Below, piece after piece: positions 48,543 to 58,396 of a stretch of 64,000 bases of DNA (position 1 is the stretch's first letter; each line of letters begins with the position of its first letter). The position numbers were made by a program, and so were the translations under genes. The DNA is from Thermodesulfobacteriota bacterium (GTDB lineage Bacteria > Desulfobacterota_D > UBA1144 > Nemesobacterales > UBA2774), in NCBI GenBank assembly GCA_965216785.1, contig OZ244197.1, positions 1,760,001 through 1,824,000 of the forward strand, in the 5' to 3' direction. Below the pieces are notes generated by a model. It saw only the letters and a list, made by a program, of their open reading frames with translations. It was not told where the DNA came from and searched no databases.

Positions 48543-50825
48543 ATGATAGAAAAAGTTGTATTTATAAAAAATATAGGGCGTTTTATTAACTGCAATGCGT
48601 ATGGCGACATCCATTTTCGTAAATGTAATCTAGTTTTTGCAGAAAATGGTCGTGGAAAAACTTCTTTTTGTTCTATTTTACGTTCCCTAAGTACTGGTGA
48701 GTCATCTTTTATTCAGGGTCGAAGAACACTCGGAACAGAAGAATTACCTGAAGTCCATTTAAGACTTGATGGGCAGAATTTCATTTTCAGAAATAATGAG
48801 TGGAATAATACTGTTCCCCATATAATGATTTTTGATGATAGTTTCATAAATCAAAATGTTTACTCAGGTGAAAATGTAGATGTAGATCACCGCCAAAACT
48901 TATATGACATAATAATTGGAGAAAGAGGTAAAGAACTTGCATCTGAAATCCGTAATATTGACAGAGATGTGCGAGATAAGAATGGGCGATTAAGCGAGGT
49001 TAGATCGGAGATAAGAGCATTAATACCAGAAGGAAGAATTGGATTTGAGGCTTTTCTGGATTTACCTTCTGATGGTGAAGTTGATAAGCGTATTACAGAG
49101 AAAGATAGGGAATTAGAAGCAGTTAAACAGTCAGCCATATTACAAAGAAGTCCAGTTTTAAAAACTATCATAATACCCAATATGCCTGAGGGTTTCTTTC
49201 CATTTTTGGCTAAAAGTTTTGATGAGATTGCTGAGGATGCTGAAAAGAAGATAGCAAGCCATATCGAAACCCATAAGATGCAAGATAGTGGAAAGGAATG
49301 GTTATTCGAGGGCTACAAACATATAGAAAAAGATAAATGTCCATTTTGTGCACAGGATTTGTCAAATTCAGAACTTATAAAATCTTATACTAGTTTTTTC
49401 AGTGAAGCTTACAATAAACTCAAAGAAGAAATTAAAATCTTGGAAGAAAGAATTCTCGAGGACTTTGGAGAAGTCAGAATTGCATCGTTAGTAACTAGTT
49501 TAGATAAAAACAAAGCTGCACTTGAATTCTGGAGACGTTATTCTGACCTAAAGGAACCTGTTTTTTCTGATAGCGAGAATCTTAAAGACTACATTTCGCA
49601 GGTTAGGGACATTGCTCAAGAATTACTAATCCAAAAATCACAGACACCCATAGAAAAAATTGAGCCTGATCCTGAGCAAAATATGCATTTTACCAAACTA
49701 AGTAGTTATATAGAGGGGGTTGAGACCTATAATAAGGGAGTCACTGAGGCGAACTCAATCATCCAAGAGATGAAGGAAAAAACACGATCAAGAAATCTTC
49801 GTGATGTCGAAGCGGAAATGATTCAATTAAAGTCAGTGAAGAAACGTCATGAAAGTGAAGTTGCAACAATTTGTGAGAATTATCGCCGATTACTTACAGA
49901 AAAACGAGCTCTAGAAACTAGTAAAATAAGGACTAGGGCATTGTTAGATACGCATACAGACGAAGTAATTGAACAATACGAAAATGCTATTAACCGTTAT
50001 TTAGATTATTTTAATGCGGGGTTCCAAATAGCTAGAACTAATTACGACTATATGGGTGGAACGCCTAATGCACATTACAAGATTTTAATTAATAGGACTC
50101 ATGTTGATCCTGGTAACTCATCATCACCTATTAGTGAGCCTTCTTTTAGAAATACATTAAGTTCTGGTGATCGTAGTGCGCTTGCTTTAGCTTTCTTCTT
50201 AGCGCAATTGGAGAATAATCCTGACAAAGCACAGAAGATAGTCATTTTCGATGATCCATTCAATAGTCAGGACGATTTTAGAAAGGGGAACACCGCACAC
50301 CGTATCAGACAGTGCGCACGCGAATGTACTCAGGTAATAGTATTATCTCATGACAAGCATTTTTTAAAACATGTGTGGGATGAACTACCGAGGGAAGAGC
50401 GTAAATCTATCCAATTTTTCCGAGTTTCAGAGGATTGTACAGATATTGCAGAGTGGGATATTGACACTGCTGTTCAAGCACGGTTTAAAGCTGATATTAT
50501 TACCTTATTGAAATATTACGGTAGCAACGAAGGAGATTCGAGAGATGTTGTAACTAAAATACGACCAGTTTTAGAAGGTTTTTGCCGTAATCTCTATCCT
50601 ACGAAGTTTAGTGAAACTGATACATTAGGTGTGATCGTAGAGAAAATACAAGAAGAGGGTTCAGGTTTTCCTCTTCATTCTATCCATGAAGAATTAGAGG
50701 AGATAAATATTTACAGTCGTAGGTATCACCATAGTGATAATCCAGAGTTCGCTACTGAACCGATCAATGATGCAGAGTTGAAAGGATATATTAAAAGAAC
50801 TCTTGCTGTCACTGGATATTTTTAA
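48543..50825 (+). CDS. rloC: RloC-like AAA_13 (Rad50/SMC-type ABC ATPase + HEPN) anticodon nuclease / defence protein
   Basis: Walker A AENGRGKT, coiled coil with zinc hook CPFC, signature LSSGD, Walker B VIFDDP, VLSH, C-terminal IRPVLEGF and SRRYHH HEPN-like motifs. Confidence 0.75.
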   Translation: MIEKVVFIKNIGRFINCNAYGDIHFRKCNLVFAENGRGKTSFCSILRSLSTGESSFIQGRRTLGTEELPEVHLRLDGQNFIFRNNEWNNTVPHIMIFDDSFINQNVYSGENVDVDHRQNLYDIIIGERGKELASEIRNIDRDVRDKNGRLSEVRSEIRALIPEGRIGFEAFLDLPSDGEVDKRITEKDRELEAVKQSAILQRSPVLKTIIIPNMPEGFFPFLAKSFDEIAEDAEKKIASHIETHKMQDSGKEWLFEGYKHIEKDKCPFCAQDLSNSELIKSYTSFFSEAYNKLKEEIKILEERILEDFGEVRIASLVTSLDKNKAALEFWRRYSDLKEPVFSDSENLKDYISQVRDIAQELLIQKSQTPIEKIEPDPEQNMHFTKLSSYIEGVETYNKGVTEANSIIQEMKEKTRSRNLRDVEAEMIQLKSVKKRHESEVATICENYRRLLTEKRALETSKIRTRALLDTHTDEVIEQYENAINRYLDYFNAGFQIARTNYDYMGGTPNAHYKILINRTHVDPGNSSSPISEPSFRNTLSSGDRSALALAFFLAQLENNPDKAQKIVIFDDPFNSQDDFRKGNTAHRIRQCARECTQVIVLSHDKHFLKHVWDELPREERKSIQFFRVSEDCTDIAEWDIDTAVQARFKADIITLLKYYGSNEGDSRDVVTKIRPVLEGFCRNLYPTKFSETDTLGVIVEKIQEEGSGFPLHSIHEELEEINIYSRRYHHSDNPEFATEPINDAELKGYIKRTLAVTGYF

Positions 50826-50909
50826 AAATTGATAATTAAAACCAGTGAGACTTCTAATAATAGTAATTGGCTCATACCGATTAAAACACTCTCACAAGAA
50901 TGTTTGAAA

Positions 50910-50931
50910 AAATTCTTTCACCAGATGAAAG
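50910..50931 (+). repeat. Palindromic repeat, copy 1
   Basis: AAATTCTTTCA-CCAGA-TGAAAG(tttca). Confidence 0.9.
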
Positions 50932-51049
50932 TTTCAAGCTGGGTGATCAGAAGCTTGACCGAAATTTAGAAGATGATCTATCTCATGAAAGTGTAGTCTC
51001 AAACGCTACAAAAGTGTAAACTATGTTAACCGGAATTCCTATGAATCTT

Positions 51050-51670
51050 TTAGTTTCCAAAAATTATTTGAATTGCTTCTGTCGCAGAGTATGGACTTAA
51101 TCCAGTTTTTTCCCAAATCTCGGGATCGGCATCACGAGGCCATATAAGACTTGGTGTGATCTTCTTACTGGCTCCATTCAAAGGATAAGCTTTATCTATC
51201 AGTACAATCCAAATCAATTTTCGTTCAACACCATCAAAATTAGTTCTAGGATCATACACAAATACGCCATCACCTTTTGGATTGTTCATTGTCAAAAACT
51301 CTCTTCCCCCGACCTTTAATTGATTAGGTGCAATTGATTGTATTACAATTCCTCGAGCATAATGGTTGGGTTTAGAGATTGATAGTACTTGTGATTTATA
51401 TTTATAAGTCTCGGGAGATTTTTCTTTTTGGTATTCACGTATAGTTGCATAGCACCTGATATTAAAAAAAGTATCATCAAGATATATTTCTTTACATTCT
51501 TTTTCCATGCAAGATACATCTGGTCCACATTTTTCATAGATTTTTTCGACTTGTTCTTGAGACATTGAAAATTCTCTCTTCTCTATCTGATATTCATCTC
51601 CTAGTGTTTCCAGACAGTACACATTAAATATCAGTATGAATAAGATAAATCCTGTAATTGGTTTAGTCAT
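51050..51670 (-). CDS. Hypothetical exported protein
   Basis: 206 aa, N-terminal hydrophobic signal, AGGAGG SD, Cys-containing N-terminal half. Confidence 0.7.
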   Translation of the reverse strand: MTKPITGFILFILIFNVYCLETLGDEYQIEKREFSMSQEQVEKIYEKCGPDVSCMEKECKEIYLDDTFFNIRCYATIREYQKEKSPETYKYKSQVLSISKPNHYARGIVIQSIAPNQLKVGGREFLTMNNPKGDGVFVYDPRTNFDGVERKLIWIVLIDKAYPLNGASKKITPSLIWPRDADPEIWEKTGLSPYSATEAIQIIFGN

Positions 51671-51869
51671 TGGTTGTCCTCCTTTTATTTATCGAGAATC
51701 ATGTTTCCATAGCTACCATCATGCATATATTCATTTAGCTAGTTAAATATCCACCGGAATCTAACCAACTTTATAAGTCTTGTTTATAAAAGTCGCATTA
51801 TACTGATTATTGTTATGTATTCAATAGTCTATGGTTTTAGTCACGATTTGACCAGAAGATATTGCCTAT

Positions 51870-52118
51870 ATGGCAACTCGGATAAATAAGAAACTTGTCA
51901 CAGCATTTGCAAGAGCTTTAAAATCTATCCGTCTTGAAAAAGAGCTCACTCAGGAGCAAGTAGCATATGCTGCTAAAGTTCATCGCACATATATTGCTTT
52001 CCTAGAAGGCAGGAGAAAACAACCTTCTATTGATGCAGTATTTAAGATAGCAAATGGTTTAGACATTAAACCGAGTGAATTAATAAGGAGGGTAGAGACA
52101 TATTATTCTAAAAAATGA
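51870..52118 (+). CDS. XRE/Cro-C1 family HTH regulator
   Basis: LKSIRLEKELTQEQVA...VHRTYIAFLEGRRKQPSI. Confidence 0.9.
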   Translation: MATRINKKLVTAFARALKSIRLEKELTQEQVAYAAKVHRTYIAFLEGRRKQPSIDAVFKIANGLDIKPSELIRRVETYYSKK

Positions 52119-52144
52119 TGGGTTTCATAGATGTAATGTTGCCC

Positions 52145-52169
52145 TTCTTTCACCAGATGAAAGAATTTC
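52145..52169 (+). repeat. Palindromic repeat, copy 2
   Basis: TTCTTTCA-CCAGA-TGAAAGAATTTC; 52146-52169 is identical to 62987-63010. Confidence 0.92.
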
Positions 52170-52358
52170 CTAGTAGGGATGAGGTTTGAATGAGATTAAA
52201 GCCAGATATCTTCTCCGAAAATCACCCAGCTCCTACTTGATACAGATTCAAAATCCATCGGCTTTATTCAAATACCCTTACGATTCGCTCTCTCCAGCAT
52301 GTCACAGACAACGGAATTTTCGCTTAGGATGTGGGAAATGACAACAATAAGATCAACC

Positions 52359-52583
52359 GCATGCTCTTATAACATGATTTGATTGCGGCGTTTATAACCA
52401 AGGTCTCCTAATTCTTTCGGGAGGCTCGATAAAGAGGGGCTGATGAATTATCTGGCAATCCCTTTACACCTGAACGTGCTTACAGTGCTTCCGTTTGGCT
52501 ATTTTGATGAGAGCCTCGGGGGTGGAGATAAATTCAGGAGGAGTCCCGAAGAGGTGTTTCATTTAAATAGGTTCGGGGAGTGA
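52359..52583 (+). pseudogene. Nitroreductase-family C-terminal remnant
   Basis: Frame ending at 52583 reads ...LAIPLHLNVLTVLPFGYFDESLGGGDKFRRSPEEVFHLNRFGE*; upstream frameshifted pieces YNMI/IAA/YNQGL; no 5' half. Confidence 0.55.
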
Positions 52584-52713
52584 CTATAGGTGCCGAGGAG
52601 AATTTTTACCGGATGGCCTTTATTTACACCCGGCGAGTGTTTGAGTACGCATCTTTTATTTATACAAGCCACTCTGCTATACTTAAACCAGACTTGCTCA
52701 AAGGATGCAATAA

Positions 52714-53940
52714 TTGAATCCAATTGAAATAATTGTCGATATAGCCAGAGAAGTCGGGATTTCTGGTTTCTTGGATATAGCATTTATTACGATATTTATA
52801 TATGCAATCCTGGTGCTGTTTAAGCAGTCAAAAGCAAGATTTATTATTACAGGCATTCTTATATTAAGTGTAGTATATCTTATAGCCCGACAATTAAATC
52901 TAGCCTTAACTACATCTCTTCTCCAAGCCTTTTTCGCGGTCATCTTGCTTGCTCTTATTATTATCTTCCAGGAAGAAATAAGGCGCCTTTTTGAGCACAT
53001 TGCACTATGGAGCTTAAATCCTAAAGTAAGGTCAAATAAGACTACCAGTCCTGACAATAAGGAAACAGGAATTCTTGTTGATACTCTTTGTGATTTGGCT
53101 CAGCATAAAATTGGAGCGCTCATTGTAATCAAAGGTAAAACGGATTTATCTGGATATTTGGAGGGCGGTGAGATATTAGATGGGAGCATCAGCGAACCTC
53201 TTCTTAAGAGTTTATTTGACCCACATTCGACAGGCCATGATGGAGCAGTGGTAATAAGTAAAGGGAGAATAACATTTTTTGGCACTCACCTTCCCCTATC
53301 AAACAACTTTTCTCAACTTAAAAATAGAGGCACCCGTCACGCGGCTGCACTCGGAATATCGGAAGTTACCGACGCGCTTTGTCTTGTTGTTTCAGAAGAG
53401 AGGGGAACCATATCAATTGCCCATACCGGTGAACTAAAACAAATCGGCTCGGAACAACTAAACATTACTCTTGAGTCTTTTTATGAAGACATAAACCCGC
53501 CTGCTAAAAAAATGCCTCGTTTGGATTTCTCTCGGAATTATAAAGAGAAAATACTAGCATTACTCGCAGCTATAATTCTTTGGTTCGTATTCGTACATGA
53601 ATCAAGAACTGTTTACAGAAGTTTTGAGATACCAATTGAGCATACAACTCTTCCAGCCGGTTTCAAAGTTAAAGAAATAGATCCAGATAAAGTAAGCGTT
53701 ACTTTTTTAGGACCTAGAAGAGAGTTCTATTTCTTTAATGAGAACCAGGTCAGTTTAATACTGAAAATCCCAAATGCCGAACACGGTTTAGAACGCATTG
53801 ATATTTCCGAGTCCAACATTAAGTTTCCAAATGATCTATCTTTAGAAGATGTCGAGCCAAGAACAGTTACTGTACACATTGAAAAAATAGAAGCATTGAA
53901 TAAACAAGGGGATAATTTAAAAAACCAAGATCCTAGGTAG
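52714..53940 (+). CDS. Membrane diadenylate cyclase (CdaA/DisA_N) fused to a YbbR(CdaR)-like domain
   Basis: Three N-terminal TMs, IIFQEEIRR, GALIVI, HDGAVVI, GTRHAAALGISE, VVSEERG, then a TM and a P..V.VT..GPR YbbR-like domain. Confidence 0.88.
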   Translation: MNPIEIIVDIAREVGISGFLDIAFITIFIYAILVLFKQSKARFIITGILILSVVYLIARQLNLALTTSLLQAFFAVILLALIIIFQEEIRRLFEHIALWSLNPKVRSNKTTSPDNKETGILVDTLCDLAQHKIGALIVIKGKTDLSGYLEGGEILDGSISEPLLKSLFDPHSTGHDGAVVISKGRITFFGTHLPLSNNFSQLKNRGTRHAAALGISEVTDALCLVVSEERGTISIAHTGELKQIGSEQLNITLESFYEDINPPAKKMPRLDFSRNYKEKILALLAAIILWFVFVHESRTVYRSFEIPIEHTTLPAGFKVKEIDPDKVSVTFLGPRREFYFFNENQVSLILKIPNAEHGLERIDISESNIKFPNDLSLEDVEPRTVTVHIEKIEALNKQGDNLKNQDPR

Positions 53941-53954
53941 GGGAGGACACACCT

Positions 53955-55268
53955 ATGGAAACAACTACACCACTTTTGCCCTATGTGCAAAAATTCTTTG
54001 AATACGATCCTTTGACTGCAACCCACGCACTTGAAACTATGGATGAGGAGGAGGCAATCAAGATACTCACCATTCTTCCGGCTTCTATGTCCTCAAGTAT
54101 CTTTCGAAGATTGCCCACCGAACTAGCTGCGTCGCTGCTTGAAAAGGTCCCGCCCGAGACATTTATAGAAATTGCGGAAAAAATGGAGCCCCAGCAGGGC
54201 GCTACAATACTCATGCACATAACTGATGAAATAAGAACCAGAATGCTGACACACTTGCCGGATAAGACCAAGATGGCAATACAAGAGATACTGACTTATC
54301 CGAAGGGAAGTGTGGCTAGTATTATGACCACTAAATACGTAGCATTCCATAAAGATATTAGAATTTCAGATGTAGTTGAAAACATCCGTCAAAGAGCTCA
54401 TTCCAAAGCTCCGCCAGCGAGTTATGTATATGTTATAGACAATGAAAATCACCTGATTGGTGTCCTCAATATGCGTGATCTCATAATTGCAGATTCCGAT
54501 TCAAAGCTTGAATCAATAATGATAAAAAATCCGTATTGTATAAACGCTTTTACAGAGAGGGAGGTTGCGGCTAATGAGCTCGCCGACCGAAAATATTTTG
54601 CAGCTCCCGTAGTCGATAATGAAAACCACCTTTTGGGCATAGTAAAAGCCGATCAATTAATCAGCCAAGCTCAAGAAGACGCAAGTGCAGACCTTCAGAA
54701 AATGTTCGGAGTATCTCCAAGTGAGCATGTATTCTCATCGATTAAATTTTCTCTTACTAAACGACTTCCCTGGCTTCATATTAACTTGGTTACCGCTTTT
54801 ATGGCCGGGTCGGTTATTGCTATATTTGAGGGGATCATTGCTAAGATTACTGTTTTAGCCATATTTCTCCCTATAATTGCTGGCCAGGGCGGTAACGCTG
54901 GTTCCCAGTCATTGGCTGTAGTGATGAGGGGGCTTGTAATGAGGGAAGTTTCACCAAGAGAGACAAAGCAATTGGTGATGAAAGAGGCTAAACTCGGTCT
55001 TATAAATGGCGTAGTAATAGGATTTGTTACTGCGCTTATTGCTTGGATGTGGAAAGGTAATCCATACCTTGGACTCGTGATTGGACTTGCTATGATAGTG
55101 AACTTAGTGGCCGCAGGTGTTTCAGGAGCAATTATTCCCCTTACTCTCAAAGCATTCGGACAAGACCCCGCTCAGTCTTCAGCTATCTTACTCACCACTG
55201 TGACCGATATTATAGGATTCTTTTCATTTCTCGGGTTTGCTATGATATTCCAGAGTTTATTAATATAG
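53955..55268 (+). CDS. mgtE: Magnesium transporter MgtE
   Basis: MgtE_N, CBS pair, RLPWL, GQGGNAGSQ, DPAQSS, TTVTDIIG. Confidence 0.95.
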   Translation: METTTPLLPYVQKFFEYDPLTATHALETMDEEEAIKILTILPASMSSSIFRRLPTELAASLLEKVPPETFIEIAEKMEPQQGATILMHITDEIRTRMLTHLPDKTKMAIQEILTYPKGSVASIMTTKYVAFHKDIRISDVVENIRQRAHSKAPPASYVYVIDNENHLIGVLNMRDLIIADSDSKLESIMIKNPYCINAFTEREVAANELADRKYFAAPVVDNENHLLGIVKADQLISQAQEDASADLQKMFGVSPSEHVFSSIKFSLTKRLPWLHINLVTAFMAGSVIAIFEGIIAKITVLAIFLPIIAGQGGNAGSQSLAVVMRGLVMREVSPRETKQLVMKEAKLGLINGVVIGFVTALIAWMWKGNPYLGLVIGLAMIVNLVAAGVSGAIIPLTLKAFGQDPAQSSAILLTTVTDIIGFFSFLGFAMIFQSLLI

Positions 55269-55319
55269 CGTTGACCGATAAACTAACAAATTAGTTCGCT
55301 CTGCTGAGATTGCGTTCTA

Positions 55320-56342
55320 TTAACTATTCGGATTTTTCTTTTTAGCCAACTCCTGCATGTCTTCGTGTATATCTGATTCATCAACTATTTCTTCTCCGAT
55401 TAAAGACTCTATTACATCTTCTAAGCTGACTACTCCGATAAATCTGTTATTTCCATCCCTGACACAAAAGAGGTGGCGGCGAGTATCTATAAATTTATCC
55501 AGAAGCTCGTGTAAAGGCATCCCTCCATGAACAAAGTCTGGTGATACCATCAAATTGTTAATCTGCACATCGCTTTTTCCCTTAAGTAAAGCAAAATCAA
55601 TATCACGTCTATTAACTATTCCTATTATATTATTTTTGTCATTTTCGCCATACACCGGCATTCTACTGAAAATCCAGTTTTCAGAATCGATATCGATATC
55701 CTTGATAGCTATATTTCCCGGCAAACTGTAAACAACGGAACGAGGAGTCATAATGTCGTGAACAATAGACCTGTCAAGGAGCAATGCATTTATTACCATG
55801 CGGGCTTCATGAGACATTATGGCACGACTATGACGACCAAGTAATGCTAAGCTAATTATATCCTCTTCTGTAGGGAAATTTATGTGACTCTCTTTTCCCC
55901 AGACTCTTGTTATAACGACAGTAATTTTTACGAAGGGCCAGAGCGCTTTAACAAAAAAGGTAATAACACCAGCCAACCGGGGTGCGATTGAGCTTGCAAA
56001 AGTCACTCCTAATGATTTAGGGAGTATTTCACTCAAAAAAAGAACGGCTCCTGTGAATACCCCCGAAAATATACCAAGCCACATATCACCATAGTGTTTG
56101 GCGATTAATCCGGCTGACCATGTTGCCCCTATTATATTGATAGCGGTATTAAGAGTGAGGATTGCTGCAATCGGCTCATCAATTTTATCCCGCAGCTTAG
56201 CAAGCTTAACGCCGCCCGGATCACCACTTCGTTTTAAGGATTCGATGCGGCCCCTCGGTATTGCATATAGAGCTGCCTCCATAAGCGAACAAAAAAAATA
56301 ACCCAGGAGTGTAACCCCTACTATCACGGCTATAGCAAACAT
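55320..56342 (-). CDS. CNNM/DUF21-CBS (CorB/CorC-like) protein
   Basis: FFCSLMEAA, AAILTLNT, SEILPK, IMTPR, FSRMPVY, GVVSLEDVIE.LIGEEIVDE. Confidence 0.92.
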   Translation of the reverse strand: MFAIAVIVGVTLLGYFFCSLMEAALYAIPRGRIESLKRSGDPGGVKLAKLRDKIDEPIAAILTLNTAINIIGATWSAGLIAKHYGDMWLGIFSGVFTGAVLFLSEILPKSLGVTFASSIAPRLAGVITFFVKALWPFVKITVVITRVWGKESHINFPTEEDIISLALLGRHSRAIMSHEARMVINALLLDRSIVHDIMTPRSVVYSLPGNIAIKDIDIDSENWIFSRMPVYGENDKNNIIGIVNRRDIDFALLKGKSDVQINNLMVSPDFVHGGMPLHELLDKFIDTRRHLFCVRDGNNRFIGVVSLEDVIESLIGEEIVDESDIHEDMQELAKKKNPNS

Positions 56343-56378
56343 AAGCTCCTTTCCTTATAACACTTAGAGATATGATTA

Positions 56379-57401
56379 TTAACCCTTAGGACCTTTCCTT
56401 TTTGCTAATTCTTGCATGTCTTCATGAATATCGAGCTCGTCCACTATCTCTTCGCCTATTAGGGACTCGATAATGTCCTCCAAAGTGACAATACCCATAT
56501 ACTCATCCTTTGAGTTCTTCACACAGAATAGATGTCTTCTTGTTAAGATAAAACGCTTAAGCAGCTCGTTCAGATGCATATCCTCGGGCACGATGTCAGG
56601 AGGTATCATAACACTCCTTAATGTTTTGTTACCCTCACCTCTCATTAGAGCCATATAGACATCGCTTCTTAAAGCCACGCCTACTATATTGTCAGGTTGC
56701 CCTTCTGTATAAACAGGAATTCTGCTGTAATGCCAGTAGTCCGAATCCAGGTCTATATTCCCCAGTATTGTGCTGTCCGGCATCTCCATTACTACGGATT
56801 TGGGTGTGTAGATCTCCTTAACCCTCAACTCGTCCAGCCTGAGTGCGTTTGTTACAATTTCCGCCTCCTCGGGCAGTATTCCGCCACCATGATGCGTAAG
56901 CTCGGCAAGGCTCTTTAAATCATCTTCCGTTGGGAAGTTCAGGTGAGAATTCTTGCCCCACAGGCTTGTAATAAACACGCTCAGTTTTACAAAAGGCCAT
57001 AGTATTTTGATGAGAAAATCAATCAGTATGGACAAGCGTGGAGCGAGGGCGTTTGCATAAGTTACTCCCAGGGACTTTGGAATAATTTCGCTGAATATCA
57101 AAACTCCCCCTGTAAATAGGCCGGAAAAAACTCCGAGCCAAGTATCCCCGTAATACCTGGCAACCAGAGAGCCCGCAATGGACGCCCCGATTACGTTTAC
57201 AGCAGTGTTGAGAGTTAGTATAGCTGCTATAGGCTGATCAATATTATCTCTTAGTCTGGCCAGCCTTATCCCGCCCGGGTCACCTTCCCGCTTCAAAGAC
57301 TCGATCCTGCTCCGGGGAATGGAATATATTGCAGCTTCCATAAGCGAGCAGAAAAACGATCCCAATAAGCTGATTCCTGTTATTATTGCAATAGCGTACA
57401 T
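56379..57401 (-). CDS. CNNM/DUF21-CBS (CorB/CorC-like) protein, tandem paralogue
   Basis: Same motifs and same length (340 aa) as the neighbouring gene. Confidence 0.92.
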   Translation of the reverse strand: MYAIAIITGISLLGSFFCSLMEAAIYSIPRSRIESLKREGDPGGIRLARLRDNIDQPIAAILTLNTAVNVIGASIAGSLVARYYGDTWLGVFSGLFTGGVLIFSEIIPKSLGVTYANALAPRLSILIDFLIKILWPFVKLSVFITSLWGKNSHLNFPTEDDLKSLAELTHHGGGILPEEAEIVTNALRLDELRVKEIYTPKSVVMEMPDSTILGNIDLDSDYWHYSRIPVYTEGQPDNIVGVALRSDVYMALMRGEGNKTLRSVMIPPDIVPEDMHLNELLKRFILTRRHLFCVKNSKDEYMGIVTLEDIIESLIGEEIVDELDIHEDMQELAKRKGPKG

Positions 57402-57439
57402 AGATCAATTCCTTCCCTTTAGGCAACTAAGTGTAGCAC

Positions 57440-58396
57440 TCAGTTATCGGCTGTGTCCTCTATACCGACATTGATGAGAGCGTCTCCCCTATTTACAATC
57501 GGTAGACTTCTGATACCGATTATATAACCGTCCGTGCTAGTTCTTATTTTATGTTCAGTCTCGCCAAAGGGGTCGGTAATGCTCGCGATGATTTGGCTTT
57601 TCTTGACTTTCTCACCATATTCTACAAAAGCTCTATAAATTCCCGAGTTCCTTGCACGTATCCATGAAGTACTTCTAATCTCTACAGAGCTCTTTCGTTT
57701 TTGTGGATTTACTTTCATCATTTTTAAATGCTTCATGAGCCGCTTGATTCCCTCCATCCCTTCCTTAATTGCAAGCTCATCGAAGCGGAGTGATTCCCCG
57801 CCTTCGAAAACAAGAATAGTTTTCCCCTCTTTATGCGCCGATTTTCTCAATGAATCGTCTCTTAGTTTAGAATTTATTATAAAAGGTGGAGCGAAGGCAC
57901 GGGCCAGAGTTAAATTGTCCGGCGCATCAAACGTACATCTCACCTGTGGATAATTATTATTTGCCCCTCCAGTGTGCAGATCGACTCCATAATCAATTAC
58001 AGGCATTATTTTACTCATCAAAGTATGAGCTACTCGTGAAGCGAGTGAGCCGGTTTTTGTACCCGGAAAACTCCTGTTAAGATCCCTGCCGTCCGGAAGA
58101 TACCGGGACTTGTTTAAAAAGCCATAAACATTAACGATGGGCACAGCGACTACCATTCCTGCGGATGGTATTACTGACTGGTTAACTATCAAACGTCTGA
58201 TTGTTTCAATACCATTTAGCTCATCTCCATGTATACCTGCCATAATAAGAAGACTGGGCCCTTCCTTTTTACCTCTGAAAACAAATACAGGCAAGTCTAT
58301 CATTGTATGCGTCGGCAGTTTTGCGACGTTCAAGTTTATTTGAGCGTTCTGCCCAGGTGCTATTTCTTCACCATTTATTACTATGGTTTCTGGCAT
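57440..58396 (-). CDS. Succinylglutamate desuccinylase/aspartoacylase-family M14 peptidase
   Basis: AGIHGDELNG, RDLNRSFPG, VDLHTG, FEGGE. Confidence 0.92.
   Translation of the reverse strand: MPETIVINGEEIAPGQNAQINLNVAKLPTHTMIDLPVFVFRGKKEGPSLLIMAGIHGDELNGIETIRRLIVNQSVIPSAGMVVAVPIVNVYGFLNKSRYLPDGRDLNRSFPGTKTGSLASRVAHTLMSKIMPVIDYGVDLHTGGANNNYPQVRCTFDAPDNLTLARAFAPPFIINSKLRDDSLRKSAHKEGKTILVFEGGESLRFDELAIKEGMEGIKRLMKHLKMMKVNPQKRKSSVEIRSTSWIRARNSGIYRAFVEYGEKVKKSQIIASITDPFGETEHKIRTSTDGYIIGIRSLPIVNRGDALINVGIEDTADN

Noticed and set aside
52170-52713. M-box (ykoK) or ydaO c-di-AMP riboswitch upstream of dac-mgtE
   Set aside because: No conserved aptamer motifs seen; the region is better explained as pseudogene debris
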